A stretch of DNA of 64,000 nt from Mytilus trossulus (Eukaryota), in assembly GCF_036588685.1 (NCBI RefSeq), contig NC_086380.1:10912001-10976000 (forward strand), in the 5' to 3' direction. The notes under the pieces are model-generated. The model saw nothing but the letters and a program-made list of their open reading frames with translations, ran no database searches and was not told where the DNA came from. The translations under genes and the position numbers were made by a program. Numbering within the stretch: position 1 is the first letter of the stretch; each line of letters starts with the position of its first letter. Shown here in pieces: positions 52,640 to 64,000 of the stretch.

Positions 52640-52803
52640 AACAAGGTTAAATCCACCATTTTCTACATTTGAAAATGCCTGTACCAAGTCAGCGATATGA
52701 CAGTCCTTGTCTATTCGCTTTTGAAGCGTTTTGTATTTTAATTTTTCCATGTCATCCGAATTGATTTTCCTTTAAGTTGAGTATTTTTGTGATTTTACTT
52801 TTT
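52640..52803 (+). mobile_element. SINE-like 3' fragment
   Basis: ttaaatccaccattttctac..tgcctgtaccaagtcag core resembles 10857-10905; related piece at 50757-50833. Confidence 0.5.
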
Positions 52804-55519
52804 ATTACCTGAAATATTACAAATTGATTTCGTCCAATATGGGTGAATATTGGTATAGAAAGCGCATAAAATCGGAGAAAAAGCTTCTATTTTTTTCTAA
52901 AACCCGTCAAATCTCTTATTCATATAACAACATAATATAGTTGTTAAGAAAACCCTATGGATTAGAATTAGATTTTAAGACAAATTTTAGAAGATTTGTC
53001 GCCTCTTTTATGTGCTTTCTTTACAAATGTTCACCCATTTCATTCTGAAAAACTGTGACTAATTTGGAGAGTAGAGGACAATACAATTAATGTGTAAAAC
53101 TATGAAGTTATTAGATGTATGCAAATAACTAAATTTTAAAGATTTTTTTTGTGTGGAAAAGGGAATTTTTGTATCTTGAGGGGAAAAGGATTTTCTGGAT
53201 GTGCTTATTAACGGGAAATGAATCTTACGTCGTACCCTAAAAAATTAAAAAAAATATATGAAAACATCTTAGCTTCGAAACGAGCCATCATACATATCAA
53301 AGTTTACGATATGAGTAGATAAATTGGTGAAAAGACTACCATTACCGCTAACCTGTACCGATTTTATAAGCTGCATTTTAGGAGTTGTCAGATTTATCTA
53401 TTCATAATTGTACCTTTTGCACAAACAAGAAAGTTGCAAAAATCAAGTTAATAGATACCTAGTTATCATAGCTGGTTCTAGATTAACATTATTGATAAAG
53501 ATCAGCAACAATTTCGCTTTATAAATGTTTTACTTGCACTTGACTTGAGCAACCAAGACCTTTGTTTAGAACAGACGCCGAAAGGCACATGTCCTAGACA
53601 TGAAAAAGGGACTAACATCTTATGAAAACATTTAATATTGTTAAATTGTAATTCAACATGACATACTGAAGACATTCTAATGCTATTATGATTCAAGTCT
53701 ACACATGCTACAGGAATAGCTGATAATCAAGTGATATAACACAGTCACTTATTTCGAAAATCATTTGATACATGTGTTTTACAACAATAATTTGACCCTC
53801 AGTTAGCAGCTGGTCTCTAAAACATGTACATAAACAGGCAAACGTGTTTTAAGAAAATCACGGACTGATAGCTATATTTTAATGCACATTAACAAATTAC
53901 AAGATAATTGTCTTTTTCAGTAAAAAGTGGGAGTGTCAAACCTTTTAAAACAAAGTTGCTTTACTTAATATTCAATTATTTTAAAAGCTACTACTTATTG
54001 CTCCTCATGAAAAAGGATAAAATGGAGGTTGTGAAGGTCTCTTCTTTTTTTTTGTGATAAAACATTCAAGAATTTATTTCCTTTTCTCTCAATAGTTATT
54101 ATAATACAGTTCTATTTAACTGAAATGATAACACAACCTGAATCAAAATTTATTTGTCTTATTTCAGTTTCAGACTTATCATTCCAGTTTAACATGAAAA
54201 GACAAATAAGAGGTTTTAAAAGTTTTGAACTACTTATAAGCATTTTGTTTTTTAAAGCAAGCTCTAAATTGTCTTTTTATGGTATTCGTGAAATTGAAAT
54301 TAATTCAGGAAGTTCAAAATATACTTATATTAAAGCTGTTGCTATTGTCTTTATATTATATACAAATGCTTAGTGACGGGTAGTTTGACTCAACATTTTG
54401 AATACACCTTATCGCTATTAAGTCCAATACGGGAAACACAGTCATTTATACAACTTCCTGTTTGGGTCAGGCCACCGAAAATAGAGGTCATCAGTAAAGA
54501 GCTGAGGGAAGAAAAATTTTAATAAAGGCAACAGTAGTAATCTGTTCAAAACTCGTAAATCTATGGACAAAAACCAAATTGGGGTAACAAAAGGCGATCA
54601 ACAAAAAACTTTGAGAGTAAGAAATTAAAATTGAAGTAAAACAATATTTTTAGTGCAGTATTTACGGTAGTTTAAACAGGTCTCATTAAAAAAGTATCAT
54701 GCATGGTGAATTGTTTTAAACAGGGTCTCAAATAGCTAAAACTGGATGAAAAAGTTGTGTAATTCTAGAACTTATCCGAAATGAAATTAATAGTGATAAG
54801 GTTTATTAAACCCTGAGGCATCTGTACGTTATGTACCATTGCTATTGATATCTACAACGCAGCGCCTGCCCTTTTTTATTGACGCACTGCCTTTTTTCTG
54901 TCGTTTCTCTGGCGGCTGGCCCTTTTATAGCAAAAACCTCGGCATTTCTGCCTTTGAAATACCGTCAAATTCGTAATGTTGCCTTGAACAGGAAGTTCAG
55001 CTAACTGTGTAAACTGTCCAATTATTATAAGTGATCCATTAACTGCATAGTTTCACTTGGCAGCTTTAGTGTCAAACACATTGTTAATTAACACCAATTA
55101 CCTTAGCTTAAGGTCATAAATAATTTGTTTATCTCAAAAATGTTTGGCAAAACAAATGAGTTACTTCCCCCTTTTTTACCTTTCACATTACTCTTATTAA
55201 GTTTATGTTATTTTTTTAGAAATAAAGATTTAATTTATAAACAAATCAAATGCAAACGCATATCAAACTATTACTTTTCATTATTTTGCACATAAGAAAT
55301 CTAAATATTAAATATTTAGAAAAAGTTGTTTTACATCTACACTTCCATTAAATGATTTATCAAGCGCATTATAGTAATAATTTGAAACAATAGATTCCAA
55401 TAAAATATTATTATTGTGAATCAAGGACGCCCTAACATATAATTATTTGATAAAGGACGCCCTAAAAGAGCAGTATTATTACAAACAATTTATAACAATG
55501 ATTATTAATAATTCTTAAT

Positions 55520-56630
55520 AATATACAAATGACAAAATATGGAATAAACAAAATAAACAAAAGCAAAATTAAAACTGCAGATATTCATATATGCATATAT
55601 TCAACATGTAAAAATGTTACTCAACTGTTTTTGGATAACATTAGTGCCATAAAATGTAAATTTGGTCTATCAATGATTCACTGGGTCAGCAAATTGGCAT
55701 CATTTACATTTTTGATCAACTTATCCCTCTCAGTTCAGAAACTGATTATTAAATTACATAGGTGTTTTAGAACCTCTATATTCTCACAACCCATTAGCCA
55801 TATAAACATATTTTCGTCGTTACATTTCTTTAGATTAGGATAAAAAAAATACAAAGTTCTTTAATAAATGTTATTCTGTATGTTTCTAATTTTTTGCATC
55901 GTACGAGAAAGTTGATCTCATCTTCCACCTCCTCCTCACAAAGTTTACAAATACGCTCATGGACTGGGATGTTTTTGTGCCTCCTTGTTTCAATTGAAAG
56001 TTGATGGTCCCAAATTCTTAGTTTTGTTAATGCCTGACTTTGTTTAGAGTTTAGCAGGTTTAAATAGGGTTCAAAATTGAAATTCGTTTTGAATAAACGA
56101 AATGTACGAAGTTTATTTTTAGGTTATCAAAACTCCTTACATCATTAAAAATGTAAATTTTCCATTCTTTTATATATAATCCTTTAAGTTTTCCCAATGA
56201 CTATTTATTTAATACAATATTTACTGTTATGTAGTAAACTGTCGGGAGTGAGATCTAGAAGCTCCAAAACTTTAACAATATAACTATACCATGAATTGTG
56301 AACTTTTTTATGTAGGCTTTATGATAGTGCCAAAGCTTCTTTTAGTAAAATGTCTTCAGATTTTTCTAAAGTTATACAATATTTAAGGATGCTTAATAAA
56401 GTAGGCAATTGCATTGGTAAATGTCCCACTTCTGCCATGACAGCATTATTTGTGCTCTTTCTGTTTACACCAAGTATATATTTACAACTTTTTACATTCA
56501 ATTTTTCAAGTATAAAATCATTACATAGTTTATAAAAGAAGATGAATCTTTGAGTTTCGAGGGACTGCCAGCACTCCATATTTCTCATCCATACAGTAAA
56601 ATTGACTGAATTGTGTGGTCAAATGGTGAA
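55520..56630 (-). mobile_element. Degraded LINE 3' region (RTE-X-like C-terminus)
   Basis: CKYILGVNRKSTNNAVMAEVG; LRTFRLFKTNFNFEPYLN; KLRIWDHQLSIETRR..ERICKLCEEEVEDEINFLVRC. Confidence 0.75.
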
Positions 56631-57072
56631 TTGTGTCATAAACACTCTTAGTCTTGATAAAATCTAAATATTCATCTCAGACTTAAAATTAAGTTGTAGT
56701 TGTTATAGAAGGAGTAAATATTTAAATAGTAAAGAAGAAGATAAGTGCAAAAAGTATTGAAATGTTACATGATTTTAACTAAAACTTTACCATAGTGGCT
56801 AAGTTACATGTATATTCTTGTGTAAAATTTGCTTACCAAATTTGTAATTAGTCGTTATTTAATAAATACTTGTAGTGTGGAAATGTTAACTTAAAAACCA
56901 AACGTGCATTTCTCACTGGTATAGGGCACTTCATTACACTTTAGTGATATAATAAATAAATGAATATATCTTATGAAAATACATTATTCCGGGAACATAC
57001 CAATCAAACCTTCGTGGCATTCATTATTTCGTAACGTCGCTACGGCGATACGACTTAAGATCAAGGAACAGT

Positions 57073-57814
57073 AAACTGGCTATGTCACAGATTTTGTTAA
57101 AACTTTGCATACAACCTTGGCTCGATGAACTACTACTGAAAATAGAAAACAGAATGCATTTATATCATTTATTATCTGAAATATTGCAGATCGATTTCTT
57201 TTGATATGAGTGAATATTTGTATAGAAGCACATAAAATCAGTGAAATTAACAAATAAAATGTGTCTTAAAATCGTCAAAATCTCGTGTTCTACTCCATAG
57301 TTTATTTTTAAAAACTATATGTTGTTGACATATACATTACTGTTGTAATGATGCAAAATAAAGATAGGGTCACCGACTTCGTTTTTTTTTTGTCTAATAA
57401 TTAATTTGTTATTTTTCTTTAGTGGAAAACGTCAAATATCTACGTGTTTTGGCCTACAACGCGGCGACATTACGATTATTTCGACGTTTTATCGGAATTT
57501 GTCACAAAGAACATAACTTTGAGTCGGTGATCCTATCTTTATTTTGCATCACTATAACGATTTTCAAAAACTTATTTTTTACAAAATCTATTGAGTTAAA
57601 TTAGAGATTTTGCAATTATAAGACAAATTTTAGAAGAATTTATGCCGATTTTTTGTGCTGTCTATACACATTTTCACCAAATTTGTAAAAATTCAATCAG
57701 TGATATTTTCGATAATAAACAAGATAAATGCATTATTTTTTTCGGTTTTCAGTTGAAGGTCATCGAGCAAGAGTTGTATGCAAAATTTAACTGACATCTG
57801 TGACATAACCCATT
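57073..57814. mobile_element. Degenerate MITE; related sequence at ~52510-53040
   Basis: Imperfect TIRs aaactggctatgtcacagat / atctgtgacataacccattt. Confidence 0.55.
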
Positions 57815-58009
57815 TTCACTTGATACTATAATAGATTTTTATTTGATATCTTAGATTTTACTAGATATTATAAATATTTTAACTTTGATATCTTAGATTT
57901 CACTAGATATCTTAAATTTTTTACATGATATATCAGATTTCTCTTTCTTTACCACATTACTGTAACTTAACCTTAAATTACTATCTGAACTATCAAGTCC
58001 TGCTCCAGT

Positions 58010-59705
58010 CTGTCAATGGCAACAACTGAAGGATGAAAAACAACAATATCAGCAGAAGTTAATGGAGTCAAAAATTTGATGGCACACAGAATTTAAAGAA
58101 GATAGCGAAACATGGAACCAAAAGAAGGTATTGCTAAAAAAACCAGATTTTGGACCGAGGAGAGCCCTGCAGATAAAGTTTGTTACAGAAAACAGAAATT
58201 TACAATCAGTAAATTTATACATTCGGTAGATCAGATATCTACAGGAAAACAATGGGAAGAATTACTTGAAAGTATAAGAAGGAGACAATAACAATCAAAA
58301 CCAAGGAGTAAATTTTTCAGGATAACTGAACCTGCAGATAAAATGATGTTTTGATCAGTTATAGAGGAAAACCTCAAGATTTGAAAGAAGCCTAAGAAAT
58401 GAAGAAGGTAAAGATGAGTATAAAATATTAAATATAAAATTAGCGATATTTGAAAAAGAGGAAAATACATCATGTCAGGTATCTTTTACTAAAACGGAAG
58501 CCCTTATTAAAGAGACAAAAAGGCAGTACCATATGTAATGAGACTCAAAGAAAAGGCACGTGAATGCGAGTTTGAATCTACAGGTGTAGTTACAATTCCT
58601 GAACATTGTATAAAAACCATAACCAATTAGGAATTGACTAAGACGATTACATGTATAAGCAAAGGTTGGAATTTAGATAAATTTTGATAAATTTGTTGAA
58701 GGTAAGCGGAACAAATGGAAAACATATGTTTAAAGATGAAAGCTTTGCAAAGTCACAGAGATCAGCAAATATGATTCAAAGCAACATGTCAAGCTTTGAA
58801 TAAGCTATAAAGAAGATGACTTTAAACAAAATGGTAGAAATGAAATGACCAAATCTAATTGTAGATATTGTGTATTCGATCATTGTAAAAAGACAAGATG
58901 TCCTGCATATGAGAAACAATGCCGGAATTGTGAAAAACATATTCATTTTGCATCAGTTTGCAAAATGAGCAAAAAAGAAATATAGCAGTAGGATATAATA
59001 GTCAGCAAAACAGATTTTGGCAACTTTAGACATAGAGGCAGCAATGTGAAGTAAACAACAGAGGACAAAATTGAGAAAGATTCAAATACAGACATATCAT
59101 AATTGAATTGGTGAAAATTATTTGCGAGGAACTATTAAACATATAATGAAAATACGAAAAGGAAAGACCATGTAAGGAATAAGAGTAACGATAAGAACTG
59201 ATGTTGCAGTTGGAACCTGATAATTGAGTAGATGTCAAGGTGATGAATGAACATCAAGGTGTTAAATTTTAGAATAAAACCTTCGGCAATCAAGTTTTAG
59301 AAAAGAGTGAAATCAAATCAAAACTGCAAAATATATATCCAATAAAGGAAGAATTGAAAACTTCAAAAGAAATGGAACAAATGGCACAAAGACAAAATTT
59401 ATTGTTGTTGAAGAAAAATTAATTGCCTACCATTAATAAGTAAATCAAATCTTATTGAGCTAGGAATGTTACCGATTAGAGCTGATTTGTCTTTTGCAAA
59501 GGCGAACTATTTGAGGATATAAGACATAGATAAAGACAAAATGATTATTACCGAACAAAGAAGAGTAAAAATTAATATACCCGATATATGACAGGAGATT
59601 GACAGTGTTGTTCAAGGTATTGCCATTGGTAAAATAAGAGACAACAACAATGACAATGACAATGAATTATATGTTAAATTTGATATGAAACCTGGAATTG
59701 CACCA
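58010..59705 (+). mobile_element. Highly degraded Gypsy-type gag-protease relic
   Basis: Double zinc knuckle CRYCVFDHCKKTRCPAYEKQCRNCEKHIHFASVCK at ~58859-58964; A-rich coding-like composition with many stops. Confidence 0.7.
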
Positions 59706-60549
59706 GTTGGGTCAATATCCCGAACGAACCTTGATAAGATGAACTCAGACCTCACACTGTTTTATATCTATTTAATTAAAAACAATACAAAAAGTCTTTC
59801 AATACTTTTGATTTTTATCAAAAAATATACAACTTTTATGCTTTTGAAAAGTATAGCGGCAGAAAATGAGACATGCATTATTTTGACTGGAGCAATTCAG
59901 GGGAGAAATGATTATATTCTAGGGATGATCAATGTTACATACCCAAATGTCAAAAGAACAAAAATGAATGTTGCACGTTTAGCAAAAAATGTGCAGTTGA
60001 AATGAAACGAAACTGTAGTTGGTCATGAGCTCGTATTTAACAAAATAAAAATGGGTGAAAAGCCAACCCTCACATCTCTAAGACACTGAAACAAATATTG
60101 ATGCATGTTTGTGCAAAATTAAAAAATCACGGACAAACATGTTTGCGTTGTTTTGACCAGCCTTTATTATTATCTATAGTACAAGTTGAGAAACTTTTGA
60201 TGGTTTCATTTCACTGTATCAAAATATCGTATGCCTGCTTTACTAAACCAGAGCTATTATTGTCACTCATGCTAAAAGGGATATCAGCATAAAGAGGAAC
60301 ACCGTTGCAATATCATTTGCATTGCATGCCATAAAATACCCGATAAGGCAGACGGTGATTGGATATACTGCAACGATTGTAATCGTCATTGCAATGGAGA
60401 ACATTGTTACAATATTCACATACAGGCAACAAGTGTGACGGGTGGGTTAACTAAAAGTCTGGACAGGCAGTAATACAACGTCTGGTTCGTTTGATCGTAT
60501 AATCTCAACTCAATATAGTAACATGATACATAACAATTGAACAACGTTA

Positions 60550-60724
60550 AAAGAGGGACCAAAGATACCAAAGGGACAGTCAAACTCGTAAATCTAAAAC
60601 AAACTGACAACGCCATGGCTAAAAATGAAAAAGACAAACAGAAAAGCAATAGTACACATGACACAACATAGAAAACTAAAGAATAAACAACACGAACCCC
60701 ACCAAAAACTAGGGGTGATCTCAT
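60550..60724 (-). mobile_element. Short non-autonomous repeat sharing a motif with the 3' end of the Penelope-like element
   Basis: atcacccctagtttttggtggggttcgtg resembles ttcactcccggttcttagtggagttcgtg at 22653-22682; partial copy at 23985-24097. Confidence 0.6.
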
Positions 60725-60849
60725 GAGATATCATGACGTTAACAATGTGAATGAAAACGGCGTTAAAAGTAGTGTTTACGTTTGACGCGTAAGTTAAACT
60801 GTCGTCTCTAAATCACCGACAACAAGGACATACCACTCTACATTCGATT

Positions 60850-62678
60850 CGTACTATCGGTGCAAAGTTTGTAGTCAAACAATTAATAAACAAAAATGCA
60901 AAAGAAAGAACATCAATGCGGTGAGGTTTACTGCAAGACTTGTAAAGATTTCTATTAAGTTGAGCATCTCTGTTTTATGCATCCAGTAGAAGGCCACAGA
61001 CAGCTAAAACAGAAGGGTCATGGAAACGCAAATCCTGAAACCGAAAAGTCAGTCGATGTTGAAGAAAGTGACGCTAAACCCCCTGTTTACATTTTATTTG
61101 ATTTTGAATGTACCCAAGATGATTTGCTAGAATTACAGATGGATATCAACTAGGAGAATCTGGATGTAAGAACTGAGGAACAACTAACTGTGGAATTTAT
61201 AAACACAAACCAAATTATGTGTTGTTCATAAAGTATGTCTAGAATGTTTAGACCGGGAGTTACACAGCATAGTAAATGCAAGAAATGTGGTAAGAATGAG
61301 CGGAAAGAATACTACGAATGAATTTTGTCAATGGCTTTTTTCTGGAGACAATAACGGAGCTTCAGTTCTCTGTCATAATTTCGAAGGATGCCTTTTCATT
61401 CCCTCTCCTGCAATACCTATATTAGAATGGTGTTCTTCCAAAGATCGTTCCAAGTGGAGCCAAGAACATGTCGATTGAGGTTCCGTCATGTAATATTAGA
61501 ATGATTGGCTCGATCAAATTTTTACCTGTGGCACTCTCAAAATTGCCTAAAATGTTTGGAATTAAAGAACTACAGACAGGATACTTACCGATGGCGAACA
61601 TGGCAAAAACTATGATGCTACCTTACATATCAATAAAACTGGTAAAGCCGTATTAGGTCAACCCAACAGTTGTGACAGAAAACTTTGATGATTTACAAAC
61701 ATATGAAGGATTAATCAAATGCAAAGTGTGTCCTCCCCGTGAACTTAACATTCCGAAGTCACCTGCTAAGATTAACAAAAAAACTGATGTTTACCTTGGG
61801 GAGAACTTGTACAGAATTGAAACAACAAACCACTTATGAGCACAATCCTGAAGAACGATCATTTATTGTAACTTGGATAACAGACGAGTTAAAGATGGCA
61901 TTGCAAAAGGGATACGCGGTGGATACAAATTATGAAGCATGGCACTTCAATGATGTTGAGCAATATGATCCAAGATCAAAATCAGGAGGAATCTTCACGG
62001 AATACTAGTACATCAATACACTTTGGAAAATGGAACAAGAAGCCAGTAGTTGGCCTAGCTGGTGTATTAGTGGAGAGCATAGACAGAAATATATTCAAGA
62101 TTATTTTGAAAAAGAAGGAATCTTACTGGATTATGCAAAAATAGAACCGAACACTGGCCTCCGTTCCATTGCTAAACTTATGCTGAACAGCTTCTGGTGT
62201 AAATTGGGACAACGGACAAATTTACCTCAAGTTGAGTATGAGTCCGACCCTATAATTTATTTTGATATTTTTACCATTGATCAAGATTTTGTAACTGGAG
62301 TTAACTTTGTTACGAGTGAAATGGTATAGATAAGATGGAAAAACAAGGGAAAATTCCGTGAAACTTCTGGAAGAGCTAATGTAGTAATAGTTGCATACAC
62401 AACAGCTCAAGCTAGATTAAAATTGTACAGTTATTTAGAAAAACTAGGACCCCGAGTCAGGTACCCCGATACTGATTCAATTATATTAACTGTAAACGAG
62501 GGTGAGTGGGAACCTCCACTTGGTGACTATCTAGGAGATCTAACAGATGAAGTCCCGTTTAATAACATCACACACTTTGTTACCGGTGGCCCCTAAAACA
62601 ATGCTTTCAAGCTGGAAAAGCCAGATCCCATAGGAATTGGAACTGTATGCAAAGAACGCGGAATAACACTCAACTATA
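60850..62678 (+). pseudogene. Fragmented protein-primed-type DNA polymerase B2 (Polinton/Maverick-like)
   Basis: FDFECTQD, LCHNFEG, IKFLPVALSKLPKMFG, GLIKCKV.PP, EQEASSWP, RSIAKLMLNSFW.KLGQR, AYTTAQARLKLY, YPDTDSII, GDYLGDLTDE, FVTGGP, RGITLNY. Many frameshifts and an apparent internal deletion near 61590-61660. Confidence 0.9.
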
Positions 62679-63588
62679 ACAAGTGTGCACACACTGAAAT
62701 GTCTCGCCTTCTTTACTAATAATTGATATTATGTTGATGGTCCTAAATATAAAGCTTTATTACAACTTTTACATAAACTTAACATTAACCAAGATAGCTA
62801 AACAAAGCCCAATGAACAATGAAAATGAGGTCAAGGTCAGATGAACCATGCCAGGCAGACATGTACAGCTAACAATGCTTCCATACAACAAATATAGTTG
62901 AACTATTACTTATAGTTTAGGAAAAATAGACCAAAACACAAGAACTTAACACTGTGCAATGAACCGTGAAATTGATGTCATGGTCAAATAAAACCTGTGG
63001 GACTGACATTTAGATCATAATATATTTATATACACCAAATAAAGTTGACCCTTGGCATATAATATTAGATAAAAAGACAAAAACTCAAAAACGTAACTTT
63101 GACCACTGAACCATGAACATGAGGTAAAGGTCAGATGACATCTGCCCGCTAGAAATGTACATCTTACAATCATTCCATACAACAAATATAGTAAACCTAT
63201 TGCATAAAGTATGAGAAAAACAGACCAAAACACAAAAACTTAACTATAACCACTGAACCATGAAATGAGGTGAAGGTCAGATGACACCTGCCAGTTGGAC
63301 ATGTACACCTTACAATCCTTCCATACACCAAATATACTAGCCCTACTGCTTATAGTATCTGAGATATGGACTTGACCACCAAAACTTAACCTTGTTCATT
63401 GATACATGAAATGAGGTCGAGGTCAAGTGAAAACTGTCTGACGGGCATGAGGACCTTGCAAGGTACGCACATACCAAATATAGTTATCCTATTACTTATA
63501 ATAAGAGAGAATTCAACATTACAAAAATTCTGAACTTTTTTTCAAGTGGTCACTGAACCATGAAAATGAGGTCAAGGACATTGGACAT
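62678..63588. mobile_element. Helentron-associated element with ~147-bp tandem core repeats
   Basis: Starts aacaagtgtgcacac; atgaggtcaaggtca-like anchors at ~62825, 62971, 63119, 63265, 63411 and 63566. Confidence 0.75.
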
Positions 63589-64000
63589 TAGCCCGAGATT
63601 ACTCTGACGTCCGACGGCTGTTTAGCCAGACAAACTGGGGCCGTGGGACGTCAGAGCTTGTCCCATATCAAAAAGTGGATATTTGCCCACCCAAAATAGA
63701 TGCGCTACTTCCTCGCTTCTGGAGCCGACTGAGGGCCTTGGAATTATATAAATTGGGCATCAATCTCTTCAGTTTTCATTTATCTCTTCATTTATGTAAG
63801 TTTCACCTACCTGCCAAACCTTTAATTTTCTATGTTTTAACATTTTTCACAGAGACCCATGATTTCTCCATTTTTGACTTTCACTTTCAAATGGATGTCA
63901 AGTTACGAGAGATTTCGTGGCCTCGAGACTGAAATATGCAAATATTTATATTTTGTTACCTCCTTTATAGGAGATCGATGAATAGCATTTAGAAGCAACC
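63589..64000. mobile_element. Probable left end of another DNA transposon truncating the repeat array
   Basis: Abrupt switch to tagcccgagattactctgacgtcc; the partner end is not in the window. Confidence 0.35.

Overview
AT-rich animal genomic DNA, most likely a bivalve (Mytilus-like, inferred from the repeat families, the hammerhead repeats and the gene type; not proven). Only one host gene is clearly intact: a 769-aa Mab-21/cGAS-like receptor (cGLR) at 19417-21726 (-) with an intact nucleotidyltransferase motif. The rest is mostly transposon remnants: CR1-, L2-, RTE-X-like and L1/Tx1 LINE fragments, a Penelope-like RT, a Gypsy gag-pol relic, a Polinton/Maverick-type PolB relic, Helentron-associated tandem-repeat elements, MITEs and SINEs. 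Four structural findings stand out. (1) A family of ~360-nt repeats carries minimal type I hammerhead ribozymes (non-LTR retrozyme-like); three ribozymes are intact, and one repeat copy is shown to be an insertion by a paralogous empty site. (2) A ~7-kb direct duplication (28390-35792 / 37704-44726) has its inner breakpoints exactly at the two ends of a 5'-truncated L1/Tx1 element, like a giant target-site duplication. (3) There is an apparently perfect 1840-bp tandem duplication. (4) An older repeated module contains a TATA box and a conserved, splice-site-flanked candidate exon with a short signal-peptide-like ORF in three copies. Family assignments come from motif recognition by eye; no searches were run.
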